Assembly (NCBI GenBank): GCA_030704615.1
Contig: JAKLZA010000280.1
Span: forward strand, 1 to 53,000
Reading direction: 5' to 3'
From: Takakia lepidozioides
Taxonomy: Eukaryota > Plantae > Bryophyta
DNA length: 53,000 bases
Below are positions 24,416-33,718 of this stretch, in pieces (position 1 is the stretch's first letter; every line of letters begins with the position of its first letter). The position numbers and the translations under genes were made by a program. The notes under the pieces were generated by a model, which did no database searches, had not been told where the DNA came from, and saw only the letters and a list, made by a program, of their open reading frames with translations.

Positions 24416-27400
24416 AAGTGTCAGGGTCCTCACTGACCACCTTCACTGGCTGACCACCCACTGGTGGTATGAATGGTTTCAAATCTCGCCTACTTCTTAC
24501 CCATTCCTTGTTTGCCCCATCTCTTAGCCTGCATTTGCGTGCAGCTTCCCTTCCAGGATCATAAGGTACTCCCAACAGGTACATTGTGTTAATTCCCCTT
24601 CTGTTTCTGCTCCAGATATCTTGGAGAGGTCCGTTCATAATATTGTTTTTGATTGTCATGCCTTGGCCTTCAGCAAAGGGAAACCCCTCTCTGCTCATAA
24701 TCTTCATGGCCACTTCTGTCTGGCTGGTGCGAGCAGGGTTGTTCTCAAACTGACACCACCACCTGGTTTCCATGCAACTCATCATGCCAATTTCATGGCC
24801 TTCTTCCCTGGCCACAGTTTTCGTGCTCCATCCCTGAGCTTGCATCGTCGTCCAGCCTCTCTTATTTAAGTGACAGTGTCCCGGCTGTCCATTTGTTCCG
24901 CCGGCCAGAGCAAGTCCAATTTGTGACAATGCCTTCTTCCTCTTCTTGTAGTTCATGCCAGGCAGGTCCTGATCTCCTTCCCATACAAACCAGCGTTTCC
25001 CAATTTTGATGTTGCTCCCTGGCTCCTTGTTTTGAATCTCAGCTACCACTTGTGCTCCCATCGACACTTGCACCTTTCGTACTGCCTCATTTCCTGCATG
25101 CAGGTTGTCCTCAACAGCAGGCTGCAATTTCATTTGCATTGTTGGTGGCAAGTCATGGGCAACCCTTTGGTTACCATGCCTTCCTTCTTCCCTTTCAACC
25201 AGCCTGCCCTCTTTAAGAGATTCAGGGCTGGTGTATGCCTTGCAAGTAGAAGTGATCGTGACATGGGTAGGCTTCATAGCCTCCCACATCAACTGCCCAT
25301 CCATCTCCTGAGCCTGAATTTCACAACCATGCTGGGCATATCCTGAAATCATTGCACTCCATGAGAGCAGATTGGGTGGCATACCTTCCTGCTCCATTTG
25401 TTCAAACAGTTGCAGGGTCTGTGCTTCAGAGCCATGCTGGGCATAACCTGCAATCATTACTCTCCATGGCCCCACTTTTCTGTGAGACATATTGTCACAC
25501 ACATGTTGTGCATTCATGCTCCCACGTTTGGCATACCTGTCAACAATGGCAGTCTCCATAATGATATCTGGTGCAATACCAGATTTGATACTGTCACCAT
25601 GGACCTCTTCGCCTTTTACCCGGTCTGCCAGGTTCGCACATGCATTCAACACACACAGGAACGTCACCTGTTTGGGCTTCTCTCCTTCATCTCCAGCATC
25701 TGCCATGAGCTGCCTCCCATACAAGACATGCAGCTCCTTCACTTTAATGCTTGAGCTTGCACTGAGCATTCTCAGATGTCCTCGTGTACCCGGATCCCAT
25801 ACCCTTTGTTGGGCATAGTTCATTGGCTGACCTCTGAACGTTATCAGGTCAACCAGGGTCTTCTCAGCAGAAAGGCCAACCTTCTCTTTCTGATCCCTAT
25901 GCATCCTCTCCATCCCAAGATGCATCTCTCTAAGAGAGTCAAACTTTGCTGCTAGTTTCCCCATTTTCCACAACAAGAGTGTTGAACCGTGAGAAGATTT
26001 CAAATCTTTCTTGTGAACGGTACTCAAATCTCCCATCCTTTGTTTTGTGGGTGGGAATTCAAGTTTCCTTGTATCAACATCTACAGTTTCAAGGGCTGGA
26101 GAGACACTCTGGCTTTTGGCACGAACTGGTGATTTCAGCGGACTCACATCTGATCCCAAGTTGTCATGCAAGCTGATGTCTCTTGTGCACTCAACCAACA
26201 TCCACTTAGACATACCATCTTCCTTGTCATCCTTCTCATGTGCTATATTGGTCGTATGTCCTCCTTTACTTGAGTGTTCCGAACTCCTTTTGTATTCAGG
26301 TTCATTGTCCTCCTTTGTCTTGCATTGCGCACATCTCACTCCTCCCATTCCCAATTGGTGTCCACATGTGTGTCTTTCTTTACACTCCATATGACCCTTC
26401 TTGGATGAACAAAAGGCAGTGACCTGCCCATCTACATAGCATTGGTCGTGCAACTGAAACTTCCTACTTCTGAACTCTTCTTCACTCAATAAATTTTGAC
26501 CACACAACCCTTGCACGTTGTCGTTGATGACATCAAGATTTCTGTATATTGGTGTGGTGGCGGTATCATGATCAAGACAATCATCCCTTGCTTCTAACTC
26601 TTGCTTGGTTCCACATTTTTTCCGCATGTCTTGCTCTATCTCCAACTGTGCATCCTTTATGTCTGATTCCAGAGGTGCATCTTGATCCAGACCCTTTCTC
26701 GTTTGAGCGAGCAATGTACACTCTTCCTCTACCCATCCCATCAGATCTGCCCAAGACTCCTTGTCATCTTCGTCTCTCAAGACACTCACTTCACAGGTTG
26801 TACCACTAATCCTTGGTGAGTTGGCAACACTATGCCCATACTCCCCAAGCATGTCTTGATCTACATGTGCCTTTGTAGAAGACCTTAGGATCTGCACAGG
26901 AACTTGCAACCTCGGTGCACTCTCTTCATTGACACCTGATTGACTCTCTGTTGAACAAAAGATATCTTCCAAGATCTCTTCTTCCACATCACAAAACACA
27001 TTCACAACGTTTGTGCCAAGAGAGCTTACACATTCGAATTCCATCCTTCTGCTGCTCTTCGACTCCCATTGTTCCAACATTTCACAGCCTGAATCTTGCA
27101 TTCCACATGTTCCCATTTGCAGCCCCAGCCGGTGATTCTTTTCACTTCGGATCTGATTCTGTCTTGATGGACATGCAGTGCAACACTCTACTTGCTGCCT
27201 TGTTTTGTTCAAGTTGAGAACTCGAGGAAGCATTGCAGGGACTTCACTGGTGTGGTTCTTCTCCCTAAAGCACCTCCGTGACATTGTTTTGTGATCTGGT
27301 ATAGGTTTATGATCAATAGAACTCACAGGTGTGAACCTGTTGTGCTTATCCTTCTCAATCAGAGATAATTTCTCTTCCATCCCTGTAACAGACTCTTCCA

Positions 27401-27698
27401 CATTGGTATCTATCTCATCAAACTTCCTTGCTAACATCACTTCATTCTTACTTGATTGATCTTCTCCTCCAAATTTCAAGATTATGGCTACTTGAAAATC
27501 ATGCCAGTTCATGGACCTTGGTTTTTGCATTCGATGCCAAGTGTCAGCCCGTGCCTTGAGATTCAGCCTTGCCGATATAAATAACTTGTGCTCGTCAAAG
27601 CTCCTCCTCTCACCATCCCTTTTCAGATTCTGGATCCAGCTGCAAACATCCTCATCCTTCTTTCCGTAAAATGGAATGTTAGTCACCATTGCTCGCAA
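24414..27698 (-). CDS. 1094-aa Gag-like protein fused to a captured, degenerate PLS-class PPR segment
   Basis: N-terminus PFYGKKDEDVCSWI...LNLKARADTW...WHDFQVAIILKFG is retrotransposon Gag-like. ~25195-25690 encodes KPKQVTFLCVLNAC, TAIVDRYAKRGS, WRVMIAGYAQHG and SWSAMISGYAQHG (PPR motifs). The stop codon overlaps the PPT. Confidence 0.85.
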   Translation of the reverse strand: MRAMVTNIPFYGKKDEDVCSWIQNLKRDGERRSFDEHKLFISARLNLKARADTWHRMQKPRSMNWHDFQVAIILKFGGEDQSSKNEVMLARKFDEIDTNVEESVTGMEEKLSLIEKDKHNRFTPVSSIDHKPIPDHKTMSRRCFREKNHTSEVPAMLPRVLNLNKTRQQVECCTACPSRQNQIRSEKNHRLGLQMGTCGMQDSGCEMLEQWESKSSRRMEFECVSSLGTNVVNVFCDVEEEILEDIFCSTESQSGVNEESAPRLQVPVQILRSSTKAHVDQDMLGEYGHSVANSPRISGTTCEVSVLRDEDDKESWADLMGWVEEECTLLAQTRKGLDQDAPLESDIKDAQLEIEQDMRKKCGTKQELEARDDCLDHDTATTPIYRNLDVINDNVQGLCGQNLLSEEEFRSRKFQLHDQCYVDGQVTAFCSSKKGHMECKERHTCGHQLGMGGVRCAQCKTKEDNEPEYKRSSEHSSKGGHTTNIAHEKDDKEDGMSKWMLVECTRDISLHDNLGSDVSPLKSPVRAKSQSVSPALETVDVDTRKLEFPPTKQRMGDLSTVHKKDLKSSHGSTLLLWKMGKLAAKFDSLREMHLGMERMHRDQKEKVGLSAEKTLVDLITFRGQPMNYAQQRVWDPGTRGHLRMLSASSSIKVKELHVLYGRQLMADAGDEGEKPKQVTFLCVLNACANLADRVKGEEVHGDSIKSGIAPDIIMETAIVDRYAKRGSMNAQHVCDNMSHRKVGPWRVMIAGYAQHGSEAQTLQLFEQMEQEGMPPNLLSWSAMISGYAQHGCEIQAQEMDGQLMWEAMKPTHVTITSTCKAYTSPESLKEGRLVEREEGRHGNQRVAHDLPPTMQMKLQPAVEDNLHAGNEAVRKVQVSMGAQVVAEIQNKEPGSNIKIGKRWFVWEGDQDLPGMNYKKRKKALSQIGLALAGGTNGQPGHCHLNKRGWTTMQAQGWSTKTVAREEGHEIGMMSCMETRWWCQFENNPARTSQTEVAMKIMSREGFPFAEGQGMTIKNNIMNGPLQDIWSRNRRGINTMYLLGVPYDPGREAARKCRLRDGANKEWVRSRRDLKPFIPPVGGQPVKVVSEDPDT

Positions 27699-27755
27699 AT
27701 CACTCTCCTATCTTGCTACACTAAATCCTACATTTCCCGGATCAAAGACCGGCCT

Positions 27756-27767
27756 GCTCTGATACCA
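27756..27767 (-). promoter_or_regulatory. PBS complementary to tRNA-iMet (TGGTATCAGAGC)
   Basis: Same sequence as 22151-22162. Confidence 0.95.
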
Positions 27768-28298
27768 AAAGAAGGGGCGTGAATCCCCTTCTGGTTAATC
27801 CTAAATCTGTACTCCTCCTACTCGTCCCTGTTGAAGTATCAGGGCAAAGGAAAGGAGCGTTCTCTTTTCTGTCCAACCATCGTCATGAGGCTATATGGGT
27901 TTTTCCTTCAGGTTCGTTCGTGATCAGAGTTTGCGGAATCCTCATCCACGCCGCAGCGGAAGAGAAGACATGGATGGGAGTCTTTGGTTTGTTCTTGCCC
28001 TCGGTTCTACTTCTATGCAACAGCCTGGCCCTATGCTCACTGCGCCAACAGTGTTGGCGTGATCTTTTATGTGATGCAAGCAGCCCAATGGCAGCGGTGA
28101 ATACGACCCTTAATGTGAACCCCCTTGAGCAGTGACATGTCGGAAATCCCTTTTTGTAATGGTGACACAGATTTAGAGGGAGACAGCTCAGATCTTCATA
28201 AACTGCAGGGGCACTGGTTTTCCTTCAGGATTCATGCTTTCTTCATCTCAATCTCCCCAAGTTGGCCATCCCCCCATCAACCCTTTTTGCTGAGCAGC

Positions 28299-28348
<50 letters not shown>

Positions 28349-30000
28349 CCTTTTCTCGTCTGTTTCTCTATCTCTGTCTATGTCTACAGGCTCCTTACTT
28401 CTTCACATACAGCCCATCTATCACGTAATGCAAATGCACACTCCGCCAGGCATCCAGTGCAGCCAGCCATGAAGTCATCCTTGGTCTCACAAGGCAAAAC
28501 CATCCCTTTCATCAGTCTCTCTATCTCTCTCTCTCTCTCTTCTCTCCGTCAATACTCAACCCTTCACACTACCCCTTTCTTTTAAAAGATCCCATTTCCC
28601 AAAACAGCTCTCATCCCTTCTTCAGATTCAACCTGAATACCCAACATCTCTCTTTTCCTTTCAACAAAAGGGCTTAAGTCGTTCATATCCTGATACAATG
28701 CTGAAATCACACCTTATCCCTTTTGTGTTTTCATACAGTTCCAGCTAACCCTCAGTTATCTCTCCAAGCAAACAAGCTATATCTACATTGGGTCCAGTGT
28801 ATCACTACCCCCCCCCGCAGCATTGTGTGCAGGTTTACAACACTGAAACAAGAACAAGAATGAAGACAACAGTGACCATTCTGTTTTCTGTGACAACAGT
28901 CTCTCTCTCTCTCTCTTCACTCATTTTTCTTACTGACACTACGACGGCAGGTGTATCCATTCCTTCCATGTTCTGGTTTGAAGTCCAGAGTCTCCATTCC
29001 ATTTCCAAAAACCTTTCCTCTATCACATGTCTCCACCCTTTCCTTTCAACAACCAGGGCAGTCCTAAATCTACCAAAAGCGATTTCTAAGTCCACCCCAA
29101 AGAAGAAGCCCACAGTCTACCAACTTATCTGTTTTTATCCTCCAGTGAAGCGGTGGGTCAGCCTGCCGAGATGGCACCTCACCATCGCCTGTCAGCAGCC
29201 ACCACAACCTTTTCTCCTTGTCTTGATTCCAGAGTTTATCATGCCATGATGTCTCCTCATCATCCTGTGGTTTGCCAACTAAATTGCTCTATTCTTCTAT
29301 GCATGTAGCTCTTTAAGAACTGAAATGGACCTATAGCAAGAAGACAAAAAGGCAGCTAGAAGCCTGATTACAGATAACCTGTGTTGCCATCCAGCCAGCA
29401 CTCCACATGCCTTATCACCTCCATTGATTGTGCTCAGATTCTCTTCCTTGTGCTTCTGGCAGGTGGCCGTTCTCCTTGCTTGCTCATCTGCCCATAACTG
29501 TCATCTTCAAGACAGTGGCGGCAGCGGTGGTGCGCCGCTCCCTTACATGCTCCTATCTCCATGAATTGATCATCACAACGAGAAAGACGGCACCGCTTCC
29601 CTTTACACAGAATACCAAGCAGAGGCACTTAATGCTGCCCTCTAAACCAAGCGAAGTCCCACAGCGCAGGTACAACCTCTCAACACAGACTGCCCTGTCA
29701 ACACCATAGCTCGCGGCAGCTGCTACGAATCGCCCGTCACCTTCCTCTTCGTTTTTTCTTCCTCGCGGATTTTAGGTTGAGCATCAATGACGAAAACGTT
29801 CATCGCATGGATGAAAAATGCATGGTCACGACTTAGCCATTTTTATTTTGGCAACGCATGAGTACAGTATGCCCACAAAATTACCTGTATGGAGGGATAT
29901 ATCCCTCTTGCAGTTGGTATGAGGGCCCTCCCATTATAGTGATGCAGGGTCTTAACGGTGAAGCCAAAATGTAATGTCACTCCCCTGCATTCACACTACA
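27768..30000 (-). repeat. Family B 5' LTR (2233 bp), lacking a CA end next to the PBS
   Basis: On the minus strand it starts TGTAGTGTGAATGC and ends CCCCTTCTTT, followed directly by TGGTATC. Confidence 0.92.
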
Positions 30001-30004
30001 AGAG

Positions 30005-30664
30005 ATTTCCAACTCTTCTATCTTGGAGTTTCCGCCTCGGATAGCGAAGGGATGGGTGAGTAAAAGCCGCGCGACATTTGGCGACCATACTGGGGACCTG
30101 GGACATGAACAACCAGATGTGACAGGCATCTGGTGGGATCATGGTGGTTGGACCATTAGAGAATTTGAAGTGAATCAAATTCCCTGTGGAACGAAGGAAG
30201 AAAGATTGTCCAAACAATTCTTTCAAAGGTTCTTGGAATTGCCAGACGGATGTAAAGAAAATATTCTTAAACGAGTGCATGATGCTGATCCAGAATGGGG
30301 TCTGGAGAAAGGAGTGATAAAGATTTATCAGGTAGCCTGTAGAGGAAGAGCACGTTGGTTACCAACATTAGTTTATGTGATAGCGTTGCTATCCATTAAA
30401 CGAGTAGAGTTTGAAGGCTGGGAAGAAAGAAAGGTGAATGTTTATACTCATATGCATGAAGAGCTTGTACTGGTAAAGAATTGGATTCCAAAGGATATTT
30501 TGTGGATCAAACTCACACCAAGAACAGCTTTTCAGACTTGTTTGCCATATGGTTATATGGTAACGGAGACTTCAAGTATAGCCAAGGGTGCATTGAAGCT
30601 TGAAAGAAATCCAGGCATATACGAGAGATATTACAGAAGAGAGTTTTGGTTATTGCCACATTAA
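30005..30664 (+). pseudogene. ORF0 of A2, separated from its ATG (~16505) by element B
   Basis: Protein sequence identical to the corresponding part of 42036..42731. Confidence 0.7.
30079..30096 (+). promoter_or_regulatory. PBS of A2 (tRNA-Arg-like)
   Basis: TGGCGACCATACTGGGGA 2 nt after the LTR end. Confidence 0.85.
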
Positions 30665-30685
30665 AAGAAATGAAAGACATGGGAC

Positions 30686-33600
30686 ATGAGTGATGAAAGA
30701 GAAGCTAGACGACAAAGATATTCATCAAAAAGAGAAAGCTATCTGAAAGCTAATTATCCATATCTTTGGGAGAGAGGAATAGACATAGGGGAATCATCTG
30801 GACCTCTCACACCATCAAGATCAAAAAGTGCATCACTTATACCGGAAGAACTAAAGTTGAATGCCACTCCTTCTGTTTCTTTGCAAGAAAGATTAAGGGA
30901 ATTGGTACAGGAAGAAGATCAATCACGAGGTGAAAGATCTGAGGTACATCCTTGGATAAAAGACTTGACAAAAATCTTTGATAAGAGTTGGCATGGAACA
31001 CCAAAAGCAGGAACTCCAGTTTCTGAAGCAGAAGATGAAGAAGGAGATGAGGATGTGGCAGAGCCAACGGAGAGTTCAGACTCTCCAACACCATTACAGT
31101 TGAGTTACATGAGTGAAGAAGAAACCCAAGGGCAGAACTTGGAGGATGAAAACAGAGAGAAGAAATTGGAAGAGGAAGAATATGAAGAAGTAGACCCAAC
31201 AGCTGAGGTTGAGACTACAACCAGGACATCCCAACCCGTTGGACCTGGATCAAGTGGAGCACTTGGATCACAGGCCAACGAAGGTGTCGGCTCAGGGGGA
31301 TCAGGCGGGCTGCCTGGATCTGGCTCTGGGGGGACAGGGAGTGTGGGAAGTAGTGCAACTGAAGCTGGGAATACTGTGAATATCGTGGGGCCAGAAGCAG
31401 GGAGTGCTCAAGGGCCACCACTTGGTGGAAGATCCACCACAAAAACAACAGGTCCAGAAGGACCAGCACCAGCAAGGGTGCCAGCACCTGTCAGTGGGCA
31501 GAAGGTAGGGCCACAGATGGCGTTACAACCAACACGGGCAAAACCACCCTTTCCAATATATTCAGGAAAAGGGGATCCCGATGTACACATTAGCCAATTT
31601 GAGCACATGTGTATAGTGAACAATGAGAATGGCGATGATGCCAAGATGAGACTGTTTCCTGTTCACTTATCAAGAAAGCAAGTGAATGGTATGCAAGATT
31701 CCCTGATAATCATTTCCTAACCTGGAATGGCTTGAATACAGCATTTCGAAATAGGTTCAGGACAAGTAAAACTGAGGATGAAGTGTATGGAAGTTTACAA
31801 CAGCTGAAGCAGAAGAAGCATGAAACTGTTGAAGAGTATATGGAGAAGATGGAATTGATGATGAAAAAGCTGGCTGCAGTACCAGCACCCGGTTTACAGA
31901 AGACTTGGTTTGTGAGTGGACTAAGACCAGAGTTGCAGAAGAAAGTGGATATGTTACCCCATAATACAGTGGAGGAGGCATTTGAAACTGCAAACAGAAT
32001 TGAGCAATTGGGAATGCTCAGGAGAGAGAAAAAGGAAGATGAGGACTCTGAAGATGAGTCAGATGAAGAAGAAGAGCAAGAACTAAAAAGAAAGAGTAAG
32101 AGAAAGGAAAAGTTGAAGAGGGATAACTATGAGAAAAGATTGGAAGAAATCTTGAAGAAGTATGCCACAGAGGCTGCAACACATTGGAGGAAGGGTGTAT
32201 GGTGTGCAAAGTGCCAGAATGAAGGCCATACCACTGCAGAATGCCACATGAAGGAGAAACACTGTACTATCTGTAAAATGGATAACCATTCTACTGAGAA
32301 TTGTTACTACAACAGAAGGACAGCTGCAAGAGAACCTAGGCAAGTGAGGGTGCATCAGGTGCAGCCCCAGCCAAGAAGAAGCAATGATCAGGACCACTAT
32401 GGTAGGTCTGGTGGTTATAACAATGGCATGGAAGGGAGAGGTAATTCAAGAGGGAATTACCAAGGAAATTCCAGAGGCAACTATCAGGGTAATCCAAGGG
32501 GGAATTACCAGCCCGGGAATCAGGATTATAGAAATAATCCAAGACCAGACCAAGGGCGAGGACCCAATGGTGAAGAGCTATGTTACTATTGTAATCAGCC
32601 AGGACATCGCAAGGCAGCCTGTTCATTCTGGATAAGACACCAGAATGAGATGAGAGCTCCTGTGAATGAGGGCCCAGTGGTGGCAGCTCACATGGTTAGG
32701 CCATGTGTTGTACCAGAAGTAAGTACAATGATAGTAACAAGAAGTAAAGCCAAACTAATACCTCCAGTAGAAGAGGAAGAAGATGAGACTGGAAGTGGCA
32801 ATGATATGCCTGAAGATGAAGAGACTTGGAAGGATGAGAAGGAACTGCACAAGGAAGTGGCAGATACTATAAGGGAAATGCAAAAGAGTACTGATATTCC
32901 TGTGGCAGATTCCTCTGATTCGGATGGAGAAAAAGAGGGAGTGAGGAAGAAAGGAAAAAAGAAGATGCAGACATGCAAAGTAATGAAGAGACTTTGGCTG
33001 AAGTAATATGTCAGACCAAAGCAGAAATTACCATTGGACAGCTATTAGCTGTGGCACCTTATTGTAGGCACAGGCTGTATCAGGCAATCAATCGAATTGC
33101 CCAAGAGACAGGAAACACAGACCTGAACAGCAAGGTGACCAGTTATAATGTGAAGCCGGAAGGGCGAGAACCAGTCATGGACTTTGATGATTCTATGCCA
33201 GTAATCCAATTGAGAATTGGAAGCACAGAACTAACTGATGTACTGATAGATGGTGGTTCTGGAGTAAATATCATGACAGACCAATTAAGGAAGAAGCTTG
33301 GTCTAAGTAACATGAAACCAGCCCCATTTACAGTAACAATGGCAGATCAAAGAAGTGTACAGCCATTGGGATTAATAAGAGGAGTTAAGATACAGATACA
33401 GAAAATGATCTTTATGATCACAGTAACTGTATTAAAATGGATGAAGTCATGGAGGCTTACTCCTTATTATTGGGACGTCCGTGGCTGAAACAGGCCAGGG
33501 TATTCCATGACTGGAATTCTCAGTTACTAACTGTGCATAATGGGATGCACGAGATACAAATTACCACAAAGAAATCTAGTAGATTACCTGCTACAAGAAG

Positions 33601-33718
33601 ACCTCGAGGAGTCAGAGAGTATGACTGGAGGGAGGACTGGATGAGGAGCAGGAAGCTACCCTATTTGCTGCACACCCAGAATGGGAGCAGGTTGCAGAGA
33701 TGCGGCTGGAAAGCCTAA
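30686..33718 (+). pseudogene. gag: gag-protease of A2 (three 1-bp frameshifts)
   Basis: ORFs 30686..31720, 31732..33006, 32973..33488 and 33437..33718. Three CX2CX4HX4C knuckles and the LIDGGSGVN protease motif. Confidence 0.93.

Larger units (their letters stand above)
16541..30000 (-). mobile_element. Non-autonomous LTR retrotransposon family B, tandem LTR-int-LTR-int-LTR, 4-bp TSD AGAG
   Basis: Termini TGTAGTGTGAA...TTCACACTACA form an 11-bp inverted repeat. TSD at 16537-16540 and 30001-30004. tRNA-iMet PBS, PPT and gag-like ORF present. No PR/RT/RH/INT motifs seen. Confidence 0.93.

Noticed and set aside
24545-25805. VWDPG and PYDPG motifs in the B ORF as a functional repeat
   Set aside because: Only two short matches, which cannot be assigned to a domain without a search.
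16541-30000. Element B as a TIR DNA transposon (CACTA-like, because of the CACTACA string)
   Set aside because: The ends read 5'-TGTAGTG, not 5'-CACTA. The TSD is 4 bp, and PBS, PPT, LTRs and Gag are present with no transposase.
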